A stretch of DNA of 55,161 nucleotides, the filler included, from Sphacelaria rigidula (Eukaryota): assembly GCA_964200075.2 (NCBI GenBank). It is 6 parts of 6 records of this genome, joined end to end, with 100 filler letters (N's around TTAATTAATTAA, not from the genome) between each part and the next. Parts side by side here need not be neighbours in the genome. Positions count along the whole stretch, not along the records: positions 18,423 to 27,532 come from CAXNAA020009277.1; positions 27,633 to 36,742 come from CAXNAA020009278.1; 4 more parts are not named here. One strand, given 5' to 3'. Both the position numbers and the translations under genes were made by a program. Under the pieces are notes generated by a model. It searched no databases, was not told the origin of the DNA, and saw only the letters and a program-made list of their open reading frames with translations. Shown here one piece after another: positions 25,380 through 36,842 of this stretch (its first letter is position 1; each line of letters starts with the position of its first letter).

Positions 25380-26720
25380 TTCATATACAACAGCGGATCC
25401 TGGAAAATGGGGTTCATTTAAACATTGAGGCTTAAGTGGCATTTTCGTTTGCAGGGATGATGCGACACAGTTATACACAAAGCGAAACCATCTTTCCCCC
25501 CGAAAATCTGCAGCAATGAATCACTTGTGGCTAGGTGCACCGAACGAATGCAGTGTATATGCGTGTCGATGACGATATCACCAGAGACAGAAGCAACGAC
25601 AGAGAGGAAGCTCCCCGCCCGTGTCCTTTGTGTGTCCTCGCTGCACGATTACCAATCGCTCGAGAGATTGGCATCATCGATGTGACCAGCATGCGCCCAA
25701 TTTTCCATGTGCCAGAACATAGAGTTGCGGAGAGATTTCGTCTCTTCTTACCTGTCGAGCTCACCAATGCGAAGATCGATTTTTCTCTGCCTCTCTTTTT
25801 GAACAGGACGCGCATCTGTGCCCTGGAAAACATGTCGGTGGAAAACAGGGTAATATTCCCGTCACCACTACTGTTCTCTGCCACACACATGCAACAACGG
25901 CGGTGGTGCGGCGAGAACAACAGGTAGATCCGATTTGAAGTTGGGGGTGCTATTCATCGTTGATTTCACCCGACATATATGTGAGTGACCCTTTGGGTGT
26001 CCAACGACAAGAGCGTGTGAGACACCAGTTGGAGGGGGCGAGATGTATGAGACATCAAGCACTTGTGAAGACCTTCTTGACATGCAGAGTGAAAAAGATA
26101 TACCTATGATCGTGATCTAACGGTTGCTAGCGCGGTGCAGAGGGGTGCGTCCATGCTGCAGTCTGGAGCACGCGCTGGCTGCGTGAACACCTCGGTACTG
26201 TGGCTTTCAAGAATTAAGTTCGATGTGAGGAGATCACGCATTACAATCTGGGGCGAGATATGACCCCACGAAGAACAAGGGTGATCTATGATCAACCACT
26301 TGTCGTTGCATTTGACACCCACGCCATCAACCACCGACCGCAAAGGTCTTGTGGCTTTCAAGCAACGCTGGCGGCAGTACGGCAGGCAAACACGATCATA
26401 GCTAGCTTTCGTCGCTCTGTTGGACTGACTGGCGTCTGCACAGAGGTCGCCCGGCGTAGCAATATGTACCAAATTTTGCAAGCTCTGTGAAAACAAAACA
26501 GTTCGGTTTTCCCAACAACATTAACCTGATTAAAGGACTCTTGTGGTCTGAGGAACTGTGGCTTCCCTTTTCCCCCGCCGCCAGGTATAAAAAAACGACG
26601 ATAGAGTTTTTGCAATCGCATGTGATACTCCCAGGGAAACATAGTGGTTCTCCTCCATGGAATTCCGCGTTTTCCAACCTGCAGACCGTTTAATGCCCGT
26701 TGCTTTCTAACAAGAACGTT
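25380..26720 (+). repeat. Repeat family X, copy C (longest, inverted relative to A and B)
   Basis: ORF 25535-25927(+) HRTNAVYMRVDDDI..CPLCVL..LTNAKIDFSLPL. Homology to copy B continues through ~26050-26105 and ~26245-26390. Right boundary uncertain. Confidence 0.75.
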
Positions 26721-26859
26721 CAACTCTCAATTTCTGTCCCGTTCTATACTGATTGCGGTATCTCAATGTCAGGAAAGTTTGGTATTGCTGTTCTACAGTA
26801 TATTCGCACGTGTAGACGGACCCAAAGCGGCCACTTTCCCAATCGACATGGGAGGGCAA

Positions 26860-27450
26860 CATGCCTAGCCAAACATTGTACACGTGCGTAATAATCTAAG
26901 CATCCACCCGTGGGACGGTTCTCTGAATGCAGGGAAGAGCGTGGAGTCAACGTTTCGGGTATTTCATGTGCAGATGATCGGATGTTTCCTTGCCGAGAGA
27001 TGCTATGATGCTTTTTCGTGCAGTGATTTATCCGTGTATTTTATGAGACGAAAGAGGAGTTGATAAGGCAGCACGGGTATCAGGCCGTAAAAAAGCACAA
27101 CGAGCTCATGACGTACTGCTCGAAAAAATAACGGCACCTCATATGGTCGAAACTTTTGCGATACTTGGTTCGCCTAGTGAGGCTTGGGATTACTTTGTTC
27201 AGTAGTACACCGTTTCCCCCACTGCTGAGAAAGCTCGCCTCGAACAGCCATGGACGACCTTACAGATGTCACCGGGCGTTTCTCCTTTGGTGTTTCTGAG
27301 CACGGTGAACCTAATTCGTCACAAACGACGTCAGTACTGTACCGTAGTTTCGGAGTTCGACGCAAACAGGCACTGTGCACGTAGGTTGTATTGGGAATAC
27401 GAGATACAGCGTGGTATACTTCTTTCCATGGCCGAAATAGACACTGAGAC
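26860..27450 (+). mobile_element. Copia gag remnant, same family as 6820-7400
   Basis: HIVHVRNNLSIHPWDGSL...ILGSPSEAWDYFV..VSPTAEKARL matches the 6811-7209 ORF. Confidence 0.8.
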
Positions 27451-27532
27451 CTATAGACTTGTCACTCAAGATCAGATCGCCATGTGGACTCCTCCCATCA
27501 CGGGCACGTGGACATCAGCAGCTTTAGTTATT

Positions 27533-27632
27533 NNNNNNNNNNNNNNNNNNNNNNNNNNNNNNNNNNNNNNNNNNNNTTAATTAATTAANNNNNNNNNNNN
27601 NNNNNNNNNNNNNNNNNNNNNNNNNNNNNNNN
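27533..27632. other. Artificial contig linker
   Basis: Same 100-bp structure. Confidence 0.97.
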
Positions 27633-27774
27633 GTCAACTTTTTTCTCCCTTTGGGGCAATCGGGCCGAAGAAATCGTGGATTTGGTGATTTTTCAGTCGT
27701 GATGATTCGTCCCAACCGTGAAAAAGAGACAGCATAAATTTTTAAAGGTGCAAGGTTGTGTTTCGTAGTGTACG

Positions 27775-29470
27775 TTTTTCGTATACCCGGGGCATTATAA
27801 CCGGGGTATCCACCCGGTTATTAACCGTCACCGAGAGTTATGTGAATCCTGTAAGCCTCTCATACCGGTACCCGACAGTTCTGTAAGATCCGGACGAAAT
27901 ATTTACGCGTACCCGGGGTATAGGTATACCCTTGTAAAAATACGCGGTTGCGGGTAAGGTTTCTGTACAGCCTGCATACTTTGCCCGAGAGTGGCTGTAA
28001 GTTCTGTGAGAAACCTCATACCTTACGGAATATACCCGTACCCTACAGAACACACGTGGAATTTTCTTCCTCTTCAATCGTCCTCGGGGAATTGTGGGGG
28101 GAATAGAAAAGACGGAAACCATATCCGACCAGCTATGCGCAAACACCATAATGTATCGAAGCATGCGAGATTGTTTTTTTTCTAGGGCACGTTTTTGTGT
28201 ACCCAGGGTATTTTCTCTGGTGTTATCCCTACCCGACAGTTCTGTGAGTTCTGTAAGCCTCCCATATCCCGACCGGGTGGCACGGGTCTACCCTTATTGA
28301 ATACCCGGTTGCGGATGCGGTTTTCTGTGCAACCTCCATACCCTATCCAAATAGTTCTGTAACTTCTATAAGCCTTCAATACCTGTATCCGACGGTTCTA
28401 TAGCTCCTGTAAGACTTTCATACCGGTGCCCGACAGTTCTTCAAGTTTTGTAAACCTTCCATACCCCTACCCAGGGTTTAGGTATTCCCTTGTAGATATC
28501 CCTGATGCACGTACGAGCACAGGTATGTACTGTGGGGAGGTACAAATACAGGCTCAATCCCGACACTATCTGATGACCTGAAATTGTAACCCAAACCCCC
28601 ATCACTCAAGACTTCACACTCACAACATTCAAGGTAGTAAATGTCGTACACTGACGGATCACGGGTTACCGTCGAGTGGAAACTCGAAACATGAGCAGCA
28701 ATGCAGGCCGTCGGGGTGGATCATATTCATGAAGGTGGTCGTGTTCAAGGTTGTGTTGTGTAGGATACGGTTTTTTGTGTAGCTGGAATACTTTCCCGCG
28801 TTATATACCCGTACTTGAAAGTTCTGACTTTTGTAAGACTTTCATACCCCTACCCGATACTTCTGTAAGCTATGTACACTTCCATACCGGTACCCGACAA
28901 TTCTGAATTCTCTAAGCCTCCCATATCCTTACCCGACACTTTTACAAGGGTATACTCTTCAAAAACACCCGGTTGCGGGTCTGGTTTTATGTGCAACATT
29001 CGCACCCTACCCGATCAGTTCTGTGAGCTGTGAATTCTGGAAGCCTCCCATACCCTACCCGACAGGTTCTGTAACCGCTACCCGACAGTTCTGTAAGCTC
29101 TGGAAGAAATCTCATACCCTGCAGAACACAAACTAGGAAGCATGGTTCGGAATATTCTGGGGTTATGTCGTTCGGTAGTCTTCCTTTTTATTAATACCCG
29201 GGATACGTACCCGGGTATTACCCGCACTCGACAGTTCTGAGTTCTGTAAGCCTCCCTTACGGGTATCCTACAGTTCTGTAAGATATGTACGGAATAGTTA
29301 ACATAATCCGGGGTACGGGTATATACCCTAGTAGAAATACTCACTTGAGGGAAGTGGTTCCTGTACAACCTCCACACTATACCCGACAGGTTCTGGAATT
29401 TCTGCAAGATTTCTATACCGGTACTCGATCGTTCTGTATGTAAGTTCTGATACCCGTACTCTACAAAGCA
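27775..29470. repeat. Irregular degenerate tandem array (catacc..tacccgacagttctgtaag motif), interrupted at ~28520-28760
   Basis: Many variants of tacccgacagttctgtaag / cct(c/t)catacc and acccggg at variable spacing. Confidence 0.85.
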
Positions 29471-32400
29471 TAACCTTGAAGGAGTGCGATAAATCAACGT
29501 GATGATCCCACCGTCTGCTGAACGAGTGCTACTGTGACACTTTTCACGATAGCCCCACCCTCAAAAAGTGCATGGTTTTGGGAGGCAAAATCTCCACGTG
29601 AGTCGAAATGAGAAAAGCCGAGCACGACGAGCAGCTGGGAATTCCCACTCTTGGGTCCGTTCTAGCCAATGCCGCCAATATGAAGCGCTTCATGCAGCCT
29701 GAACCCAAACAACATCAGGCGCTGTATGGCCATTTGTTTCGTGACACTTTTGGGCTGGTTTTGGGGGGGGGCTATCGTAGAAAGTGTCCTGTACATCACG
29801 TATCGGCGTGTCGGCATTGCACCGCTAATCTTTATTGCTGTACTGCATCCCCATCAACAAGAACAAGCAACGGCAACGATAAACCATACTTTTTTCCCGT
29901 AGCCGCCATGGGCAACTCAAAGCAGTGAGCTATAGTGAGAGGCCACGAAACATGCACGCGTACTTGAATATAAGGTGCATTCTCTGAAATATACTGGACG
30001 TGCAATCTTACTCGTACGGCCGGTACGAGCTCCTGACGTCAAAACGCCGAATCAGCAAGTCAGAGCTATTGTCATTGCGTAGACGCGCCCACTTTTTTAC
30101 GGCTACTGCTGCTCCTGGACTGCGCTGACGAGTATGTACCAGGAACTCACAGCTTTGTCTGCCGTATGCTCAATCTTGCGACGCAATCGCTCTGCTTGTG
30201 TCCAAAAAAAGACCTCCTGTAACATCAGTGTCCCCAGGCGCGCTCAGACTAGAACTTTTCCCTGCGCATGTACATGATGAGGCCACTCTGCTAGCATATG
30301 CCTGTCGATGGCGCTGACAAAGTCAGAAAGGGTAGGGCGCTGCGAGTGACATTGGCCATCAGTGGGCACTTGTGGGCGCGCGCCCGCCACTGCTCACCTC
30401 CGTAGAGTTGTCGCTCGACGCCATGGTCGCCGGGACATCTATCTCCGACCTCGTCGCGACGCCATATACAAACCTAACTACTGTACCTTACCGTACGGTA
30501 CGGCACGGTATGGTGTTTCCTGTCCTTGTACTGGCCGCTCAGAAGTGCCGCGATCCGCGATTCCGTCGGATTCAAGCCGACCGGGCCGGATTTTCAACGG
30601 CACTCCCGATCCGGATTGGAGTTCGGATTCATCCCCGCATTGATAAAAATAAGAGCACGGAGCGGGATTCGGATTTCGAAAATCCGGATCCACTCTGTCG
30701 GGCAGGGAGCGGAGCGCATTTACGTTGTTGCTGGATTTGTTTTTTTTGCCTCCGGTTTTGAGATTTTTTCATTTCGAGGCAATCTGTCGAGGCCATGCAT
30801 TTCCGTTTTTTTACTTTGTTGGCCAATGCGAGGTGATAGTTAGCGAACATTCGCATAAAAATACTATGTCCTATTCGTAAATGATCTCGAAGGCACATTC
30901 TTGACACGTTCTTCCCGTTTGCGACCATTCCCCACAGCGCGAGAAGAATCACAGTGTAGAGTTTGAAGTATGACACATGTTCAACGAAATCGTACCGGAA
31001 CGATGTTTCCCCCATATATATATTCTGCCCTGGTTATCTACCGTTTGAATATTGACCTAAGTTTTACTCTCATGTAAGCATTAAAAAACTCAGAGATATA
31101 TTTGATTGTTGCTGGATTTCGATTCACCCCTCTGATTTCAATTTGTTCCACGTCACGGAGTTTCCCTGCATTGCTTCATTTACCATTTTCCCGAATACCT
31201 TGAAATTATAGAGGCGAAATGTGAAGCAAAAGTCGAGAAGAAAAATCGACAGGGCTCGCTTCATACTCCCCCTCCTGACATGTCTATGAAATTTCCAGTC
31301 ATAACTCGCATGTCCTGATCTCACCATTCAGTACACGAGGTAACCGAATTAATCATGAAGGCGGACTTGAACACGAAACCTGACCCGTTCTTCACGACGG
31401 CAGATCTTGAACCAACTATCGAGCATCGGGGGTTCCACCCACCCCACCTGTGCTGGTGGAGGGCATCGCGGTGTTCGCTAGAAGGCTCTCACGGGCCTGG
31501 CATAATGGGGATCCTGCATCCAGGGAAAACCGTGCCCCCTGGCTCCAAAGCAAAGCGAAAAACGCGTAGTCGCCTCTGGTAGCAAAGCGAGCTCCCCGTG
31601 ATATGGGGGTAGATAAACCGCCGAGTCTCTCATCCAAGTCATCTTGGCCAGTGGCAGCGTTATACGTGCATGCTCAGGAGTGACCAGTAGAGTTACTATT
31701 GTTTTGGCTGAGGTACTGGTGGTAGTAGTGCTGGACCATATTCTTCTTATTTCTCCTGTCATAATTCTAACCGCAATTTTGTCCGAAGTAGGTGGTGTTT
31801 GTTCTCGAATTTCCTTCATTTTTTCGTCTGGCGCCTCAAGGGATAGCCCCCGGTAAATTGCCTCACATTGCGCACACGCATTTCGATACATAGCATTGGA
31901 TATGAGGCACCGCCACACCCCAGCCCGTCGGGAGTCATCATTGAGTTTTGATATTTTTTTGCCCAACTCACATCGTCGTGTCTCCGGACAACGAGGTGAA
32001 ACAAAACACAACAAGGTGGAGAAATAAAACTAGGTGGGATTGTCGGTATACGAACACACAAAAAACGGGCCAAAAACATAGACGGAATGTGTAAGTTTTC
32101 GACCACCAGAGTGCGATGTCTAGACGACCGTATTAGCGCGTTGAAAACCAGACGGATTGCGGGAGTGCTGATCCATTCATTGCTCAGTGAATGGCAAGGC
32201 CGGTACAGTACTAGGTGAGCTTTAGCTTTGATCCCTGCAGAGCACGGACTCAGCTCCGAGGAGGGAAGGGAAAGAGGTGGGGAGGGGAAAGTAGTCATGC
32301 GTTCTTGAGGGTTACTCGTTTTCTTTGCCCTTGTGAATCCTTACTGTGACGGTGCTACTTGCTGTGTCGAGACACTTGAGGCAACTGGAAGTAGCTCAAA

Positions 32401-33039
32401 ACAGCCGATCATTTTCACGGGGGACTTTGTTCGTTAAGAAGCATAATCTTGGTCCCATCGGCTTTTCAGATGCGAAGAGCACGACGTTGCTGCGGTATCA
32501 GTAGCGACGGCGGTCAACCTATCTGGGAACGAGTCGGGTGTTCTCAATACCGTCGGCGACCCTCAAAACAATAATCAGCTGCTTGCCGACGCGCTGATGC
32601 TATTTCACAACGATATCTATACGTGTACTTCTAATATTGATCGATTAATTGATTGGTTGGTTAGTTGTCACACATTTAATTACAGTATCCGCAACGAATC
32701 CAGTCGTCGTCATAAGGTACACATGACCAGGGTGAAAAATTTGTGAAGACCCGCTCGCTGAAAAAAAACTTCAGAACGAGGAAACATGAAAAAAAAAAAC
32801 AGTTGGATGGAAACGGAGGAAAATGAGGTAGGATAGGAAAGAGAAAAAATGGAAAATAAAATGGTAGGTAGGTGAGGGGGGGTGGGGGAGAGAAGACGAG
32901 AGGGGAAGAGAGTAAAGAAGAGAAAAAAAGAGCATCGCATATCAACAATAATTTGCACACACTCCCTCCGCCCCTTCTCGCCCATCTCGCCCCTTCAATC
33001 CTCCCTAATGCAACGGAACCCGCTCACGGTTGGCGGCAG

Positions 33040-35990
33040 TCGGTCCACTACAAGTTCTTGTCCAAGATTACGCCCGTGTACTTGCTGAGGACGCGATCGT
33101 ACTCTCGATCCATAACCAAAAAGCCGTTTCTCGTCAACTACCAGGGCGCCCAGTTCCGCGTGTACCCCGGCCGGTACCAGTGCCTGTTGGATACGGGATC
33201 GCGCTACAAGATGGTGAGTGAGACATGACTACTTCTGAGCCATTCCACGTTACTGTTGACGACGGGAGGGGAGGGTAGGGGTGTTTCCACCATTTTCTCG
33301 TCAACCGAGAACGTGGACATGCGCAAATAGTTAGTTGCAGAGAGCCGTTCCGTTGTGGGGATGGGTGTTTTTGTGTTTGCAGGTCCTTGCACGAGCAAGC
33401 TACTCCCAGACAACAAGCCATTCTTCCCCTCTTCCCCCCAGTCGAGCGCGAGATAGCTCTTGTGTCAAGGCGTCTTTGTTCACATGTTCGCCATGAGCAA
33501 GGTGTGCCGGGGGTCTCTCACGCAGTACGTGGAACACGTCATTCCGAGGTGGCGTTGTCCGCCTGGCCACATTTTTACAAGGTACCGCCGCCGAAGGACC
33601 AAAGTAGGCACTGTTTAGCAAAAGCCATGTACAATTTCGTAAGAGGCGGTCTCAAGCTACGCTTACAAAAGGTATGGTGAGAAAAATGTTCCGAAAGTCA
33701 TCATCATCTTCACATTACGAGATAAATGGTTTTATCAACACGCTACCCCGGGCATGTTATTATTTTTGATGTGAGGTTCTCGCGTTGATATCTTCGTCTG
33801 ACAAAATCCACGGCTCGAGAACTCGGTATAGAGGTGGTCGAAGTATACATGGTGCGGTCGGTCGCCACCCCGGCATGACCATACTATGCAGGCGACCCCG
33901 CACTCATAATGGTACACTGTCATTGCTCGATATTCGAAGAGCGGAATGGGACTTGTGATGAGTGAAATTGACCGCACTGGGTGGGAGCCTGCACTCTTGG
34001 AGGGCTGCGTTGTGGTGGAACTCTTCAGTCTTAAGGGACCGCACTGTAGTGGGACCCTGTATTCTTGGAGGCCTGCACTGTGGTGGAACTCCTCAGTGTC
34101 AGAATACCGCACTGTAGTGGGTCTCTGCACTTCCAGAGTGCCGCACTGCAGTGGGATCCCGTGTGTATTGCTGATCCACTCTGGATCGATCACTGGATGA
34201 AAAGCTGTCGAAACAACTGCGTTCATTGGACAATATTTGCTCGAGTAAAGGGTTGGGTATACGACAGAGGACACATGGGGTCTTTGAGTGTTGTCGTTGG
34301 GGCTGGTGGTCGCAAAAATGAAGAAGCTGCTCAGGTCACAGCATCGGGGTCACTGACCTTGACAGGCAGCCGGTGATGATGTTCCCACAGAAGACCTAGC
34401 CGCCCGACGGGTGACGCGGTGTACCGTGGAAAAATCTCAACTGTTCACATGAATCGGGAAATAATCAATAGAAAGCGTGTCAAGCAACGGCCACGGCGCC
34501 CTATGAGGTCTGTCTGGTCACCCGGAGGTGCGGTTCCCGAAGGGTAGGGGATATTTTGTGTTGGCCGCGTTGTGGTGCATGTGAACATATTTCTAGAGTT
34601 CATTTATATATATATATATATACGTGTATTAAATGATTACTGCTGTGAATACCACCACATGAGAACTTTTTTTTCACAAGTGTCTTATTCAGGAAATCAC
34701 GTCTTCACATCGGCGACACCATCAGATAATTATCTGCGCTTCATGAACAATAGGTTCCGGGTTCGTATCCCGGCTCTCATCAAAGCAACAGAAGTAAAAC
34801 ATTCCCGAAAGAGAAGCGGATAACAAACAGCAGCAAGTCGTCAAAATTTTGGGGGACAAAAAAAGTGATGGGTGAATGGCAAGCGGAGTTTCACAAACTC
34901 GTGGGAAAGTCTTGTGGGGAGATTGTTGGCCCGATAATTCAACACACGCAGAAGATGGCGAAGTTGAGAGGTTCATAAATGTTCTCACCGCCGGCAGGAG
35001 AGAAAGGTGAATTCCATAAACCTCTTCTCCTAGAACGTACGAAAAGGCTGATGAAAGGCGGCGGGAGGGGTGTACTAGTGATCTTGCTTACCATAGTCTT
35101 TTGACCATTGACGTCGCATCCCTACAAAGCTGGGACGGAGCATGCCGGGTTTTCGCCGCACCAGGCTCGCGATCAATCACCAAGCGCGAAGCGCTGCAAT
35201 GTGCTCGGCGAGTCGCATGAAGGGTGAGCTGCATCCTTCAAAGTTTGTTCGGCCCGAAGCCTACTGATTATTTTGCATTTGGATGACAGCCTCCAATGAG
35301 TTGCTTCATTTTCTGGTATCGCCACTTCCAGAGACTGACACGGGTTACGCATTGCCTCACGGGTTTCTCACCATATACACACACTACGTAGTATGATCAT
35401 CCCCCCTGCGCGGAGTTGAGGTTTTCCCACGCCGCACAAAATCATGTAGCTCGACCACCATCATGGTTGCCGCAAACAAAACGCAAGCGCGCAAAAAAAC
35501 CCGGCAGCCTAGTAGCCTAGCGGACGCAATGAGTGACGTCTTTTACAGCCTCATGGCCAACCGACGCCAACTCCATGGGGGGTCCGCCCACACAAAGCCG
35601 GGACGGAGCCCGCCGGGTTCTCGCCGGATCAGGCTGAACGAGCAGCAGGTGGGTGGTGTGGGAACTACGACATGGAAATAAAAACTTGCTACAAGTGTCT
35701 GCCGAGCAATCACTTTATCATACTCATGTGTACTCGTATATGCATTCATTTATATCTTGTGCGGTGTTGCTGTGTCTTTTTACCGTATTGTATTGATAGG
35801 AGCTGTTTTGTGCATGTAATGCCATCATGTCATCCCTGTTCTTTATTTTTTGGTTCATTTCCGTTTATTCTTTTCCTTTTTTCCCCTCTTTTTTTCTGCT
35901 GATATGCTCTCGCCGCTGTTGCAGGTTGAAGCTTCAACGTCACGACAAACGCTGGGAGCCTTCAAGGATATTCTTACTAAATCACTCAAG
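33040..35990 (+). CDS. DUF1995-family protein (LPA3-like, putatively plastid), partial: two internal exons
   Basis: Exon 33040-33213 (cag|...|gtgagt): SVHYKFLSKITPVYLLRTRSYSRSITKKPFLVNYQGAQFRVYPGRYQCLLDTGSRYKM. Exon 35925-35990 (cag|...|gtgaac): VEASTSRQTLGAFKDILTKSLK. Both phase 0. GAxFRxYPGxYQ resembles, from memory, the DUF1995 GxLFRxYPGPWQV motif. Other exons not found in this contig. Confidence 0.75.
33971..34160. repeat. Intronic minisatellite, ~68-bp period with ~34-bp subunit
   Basis: accgcactg at 33971, 34038 and 34106, ccgcactg at 34141, with intervening tgtggtggaactc half units. Confidence 0.75.
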
Positions 35991-36742
35991 GTGAACATAA
36001 TAAAAAGGATAAATAGAAGATATGAACCCCCGTTCCCGTCCCGTCCTTCCCGTTCCCCCGAGAGGCAGTAAGGAACAGCAACATCAACATGAAAACATGT
36101 ATGATGATCCAGTACAAATTACTGTTGGACGACTGTTTTTTGAAAGGCCAACGCAACCCCGCTATTTTTTCTCTCCCGCTTGACGCAATTCCGGATCTTC
36201 GCTGCTGGATAACCTGGTGTACAAAGTATTTTCAATTGTTTTAGATGCGACAAAAAATTCAACCATGGAATGACCCGCAGCGGCCGCGTTACTTGTGAAT
36301 CAAAAAGGTATACCCCCGCCTGGGACTGCTCTGCGGTTTCAGACATTATGTGTACAATTTGTATAGGTGCAGATTATGTTTTGATGAAATATGACGGACT
36401 GCGGGAACGTCGATCCAATGATCGGGAGTAAGTAAACTGCAAGGCAGGTACTAAGCGGGGAGAGACATGAATTGATTCCTCGAGCCTACGAGCTCTACTA
36501 GGAAACAGTGGTGGAGAGGGAGGAGCGGGGTTCTGATTCAAGTACAGCAAAATAGGAGCGCGCGGGGGGGGCAGAGGGAGAAAGAGAGACAGAGGGGATG
36601 GTTTGAATCCTAGCCCTACACGCCATATCATTGCCTTCGCCGCCTCTCCCCGCCCCCTCTTCCCCTCAATGAGGCAATGTATAAGCCGTGGCTGTCTCTG
36701 GAAGTGGCGATACCACAGAATAAAGCTACTCATTGTTGGCTG

Positions 36743-36842
36743 NNNNNNNNNNNNNNNNNNNNNNNNNNNNNNNNNNNNNNNNNNNNTTAATTAATTAANN
36801 NNNNNNNNNNNNNNNNNNNNNNNNNNNNNNNNNNNNNNNNNN
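36743..36842. other. Artificial contig linker
   Basis: Same 100-bp structure. Confidence 0.97.

Noticed and set aside
28565..28590. Hammerhead ribozyme core (ctgatga..gaaa)
   Set aside because: No stem II and no convincing stems I/III. Other ctgatga/ctgacga hits (35048, 48137, 48398, 48731) also lack the fold.
34757..34780. tRNA gene (T-arm ccggg-ttcgtat-cccgg)
   Set aside because: No matching acceptor stem, D arm or anticodon arm at the right spacing upstream. At most a tRNA/SINE relic.
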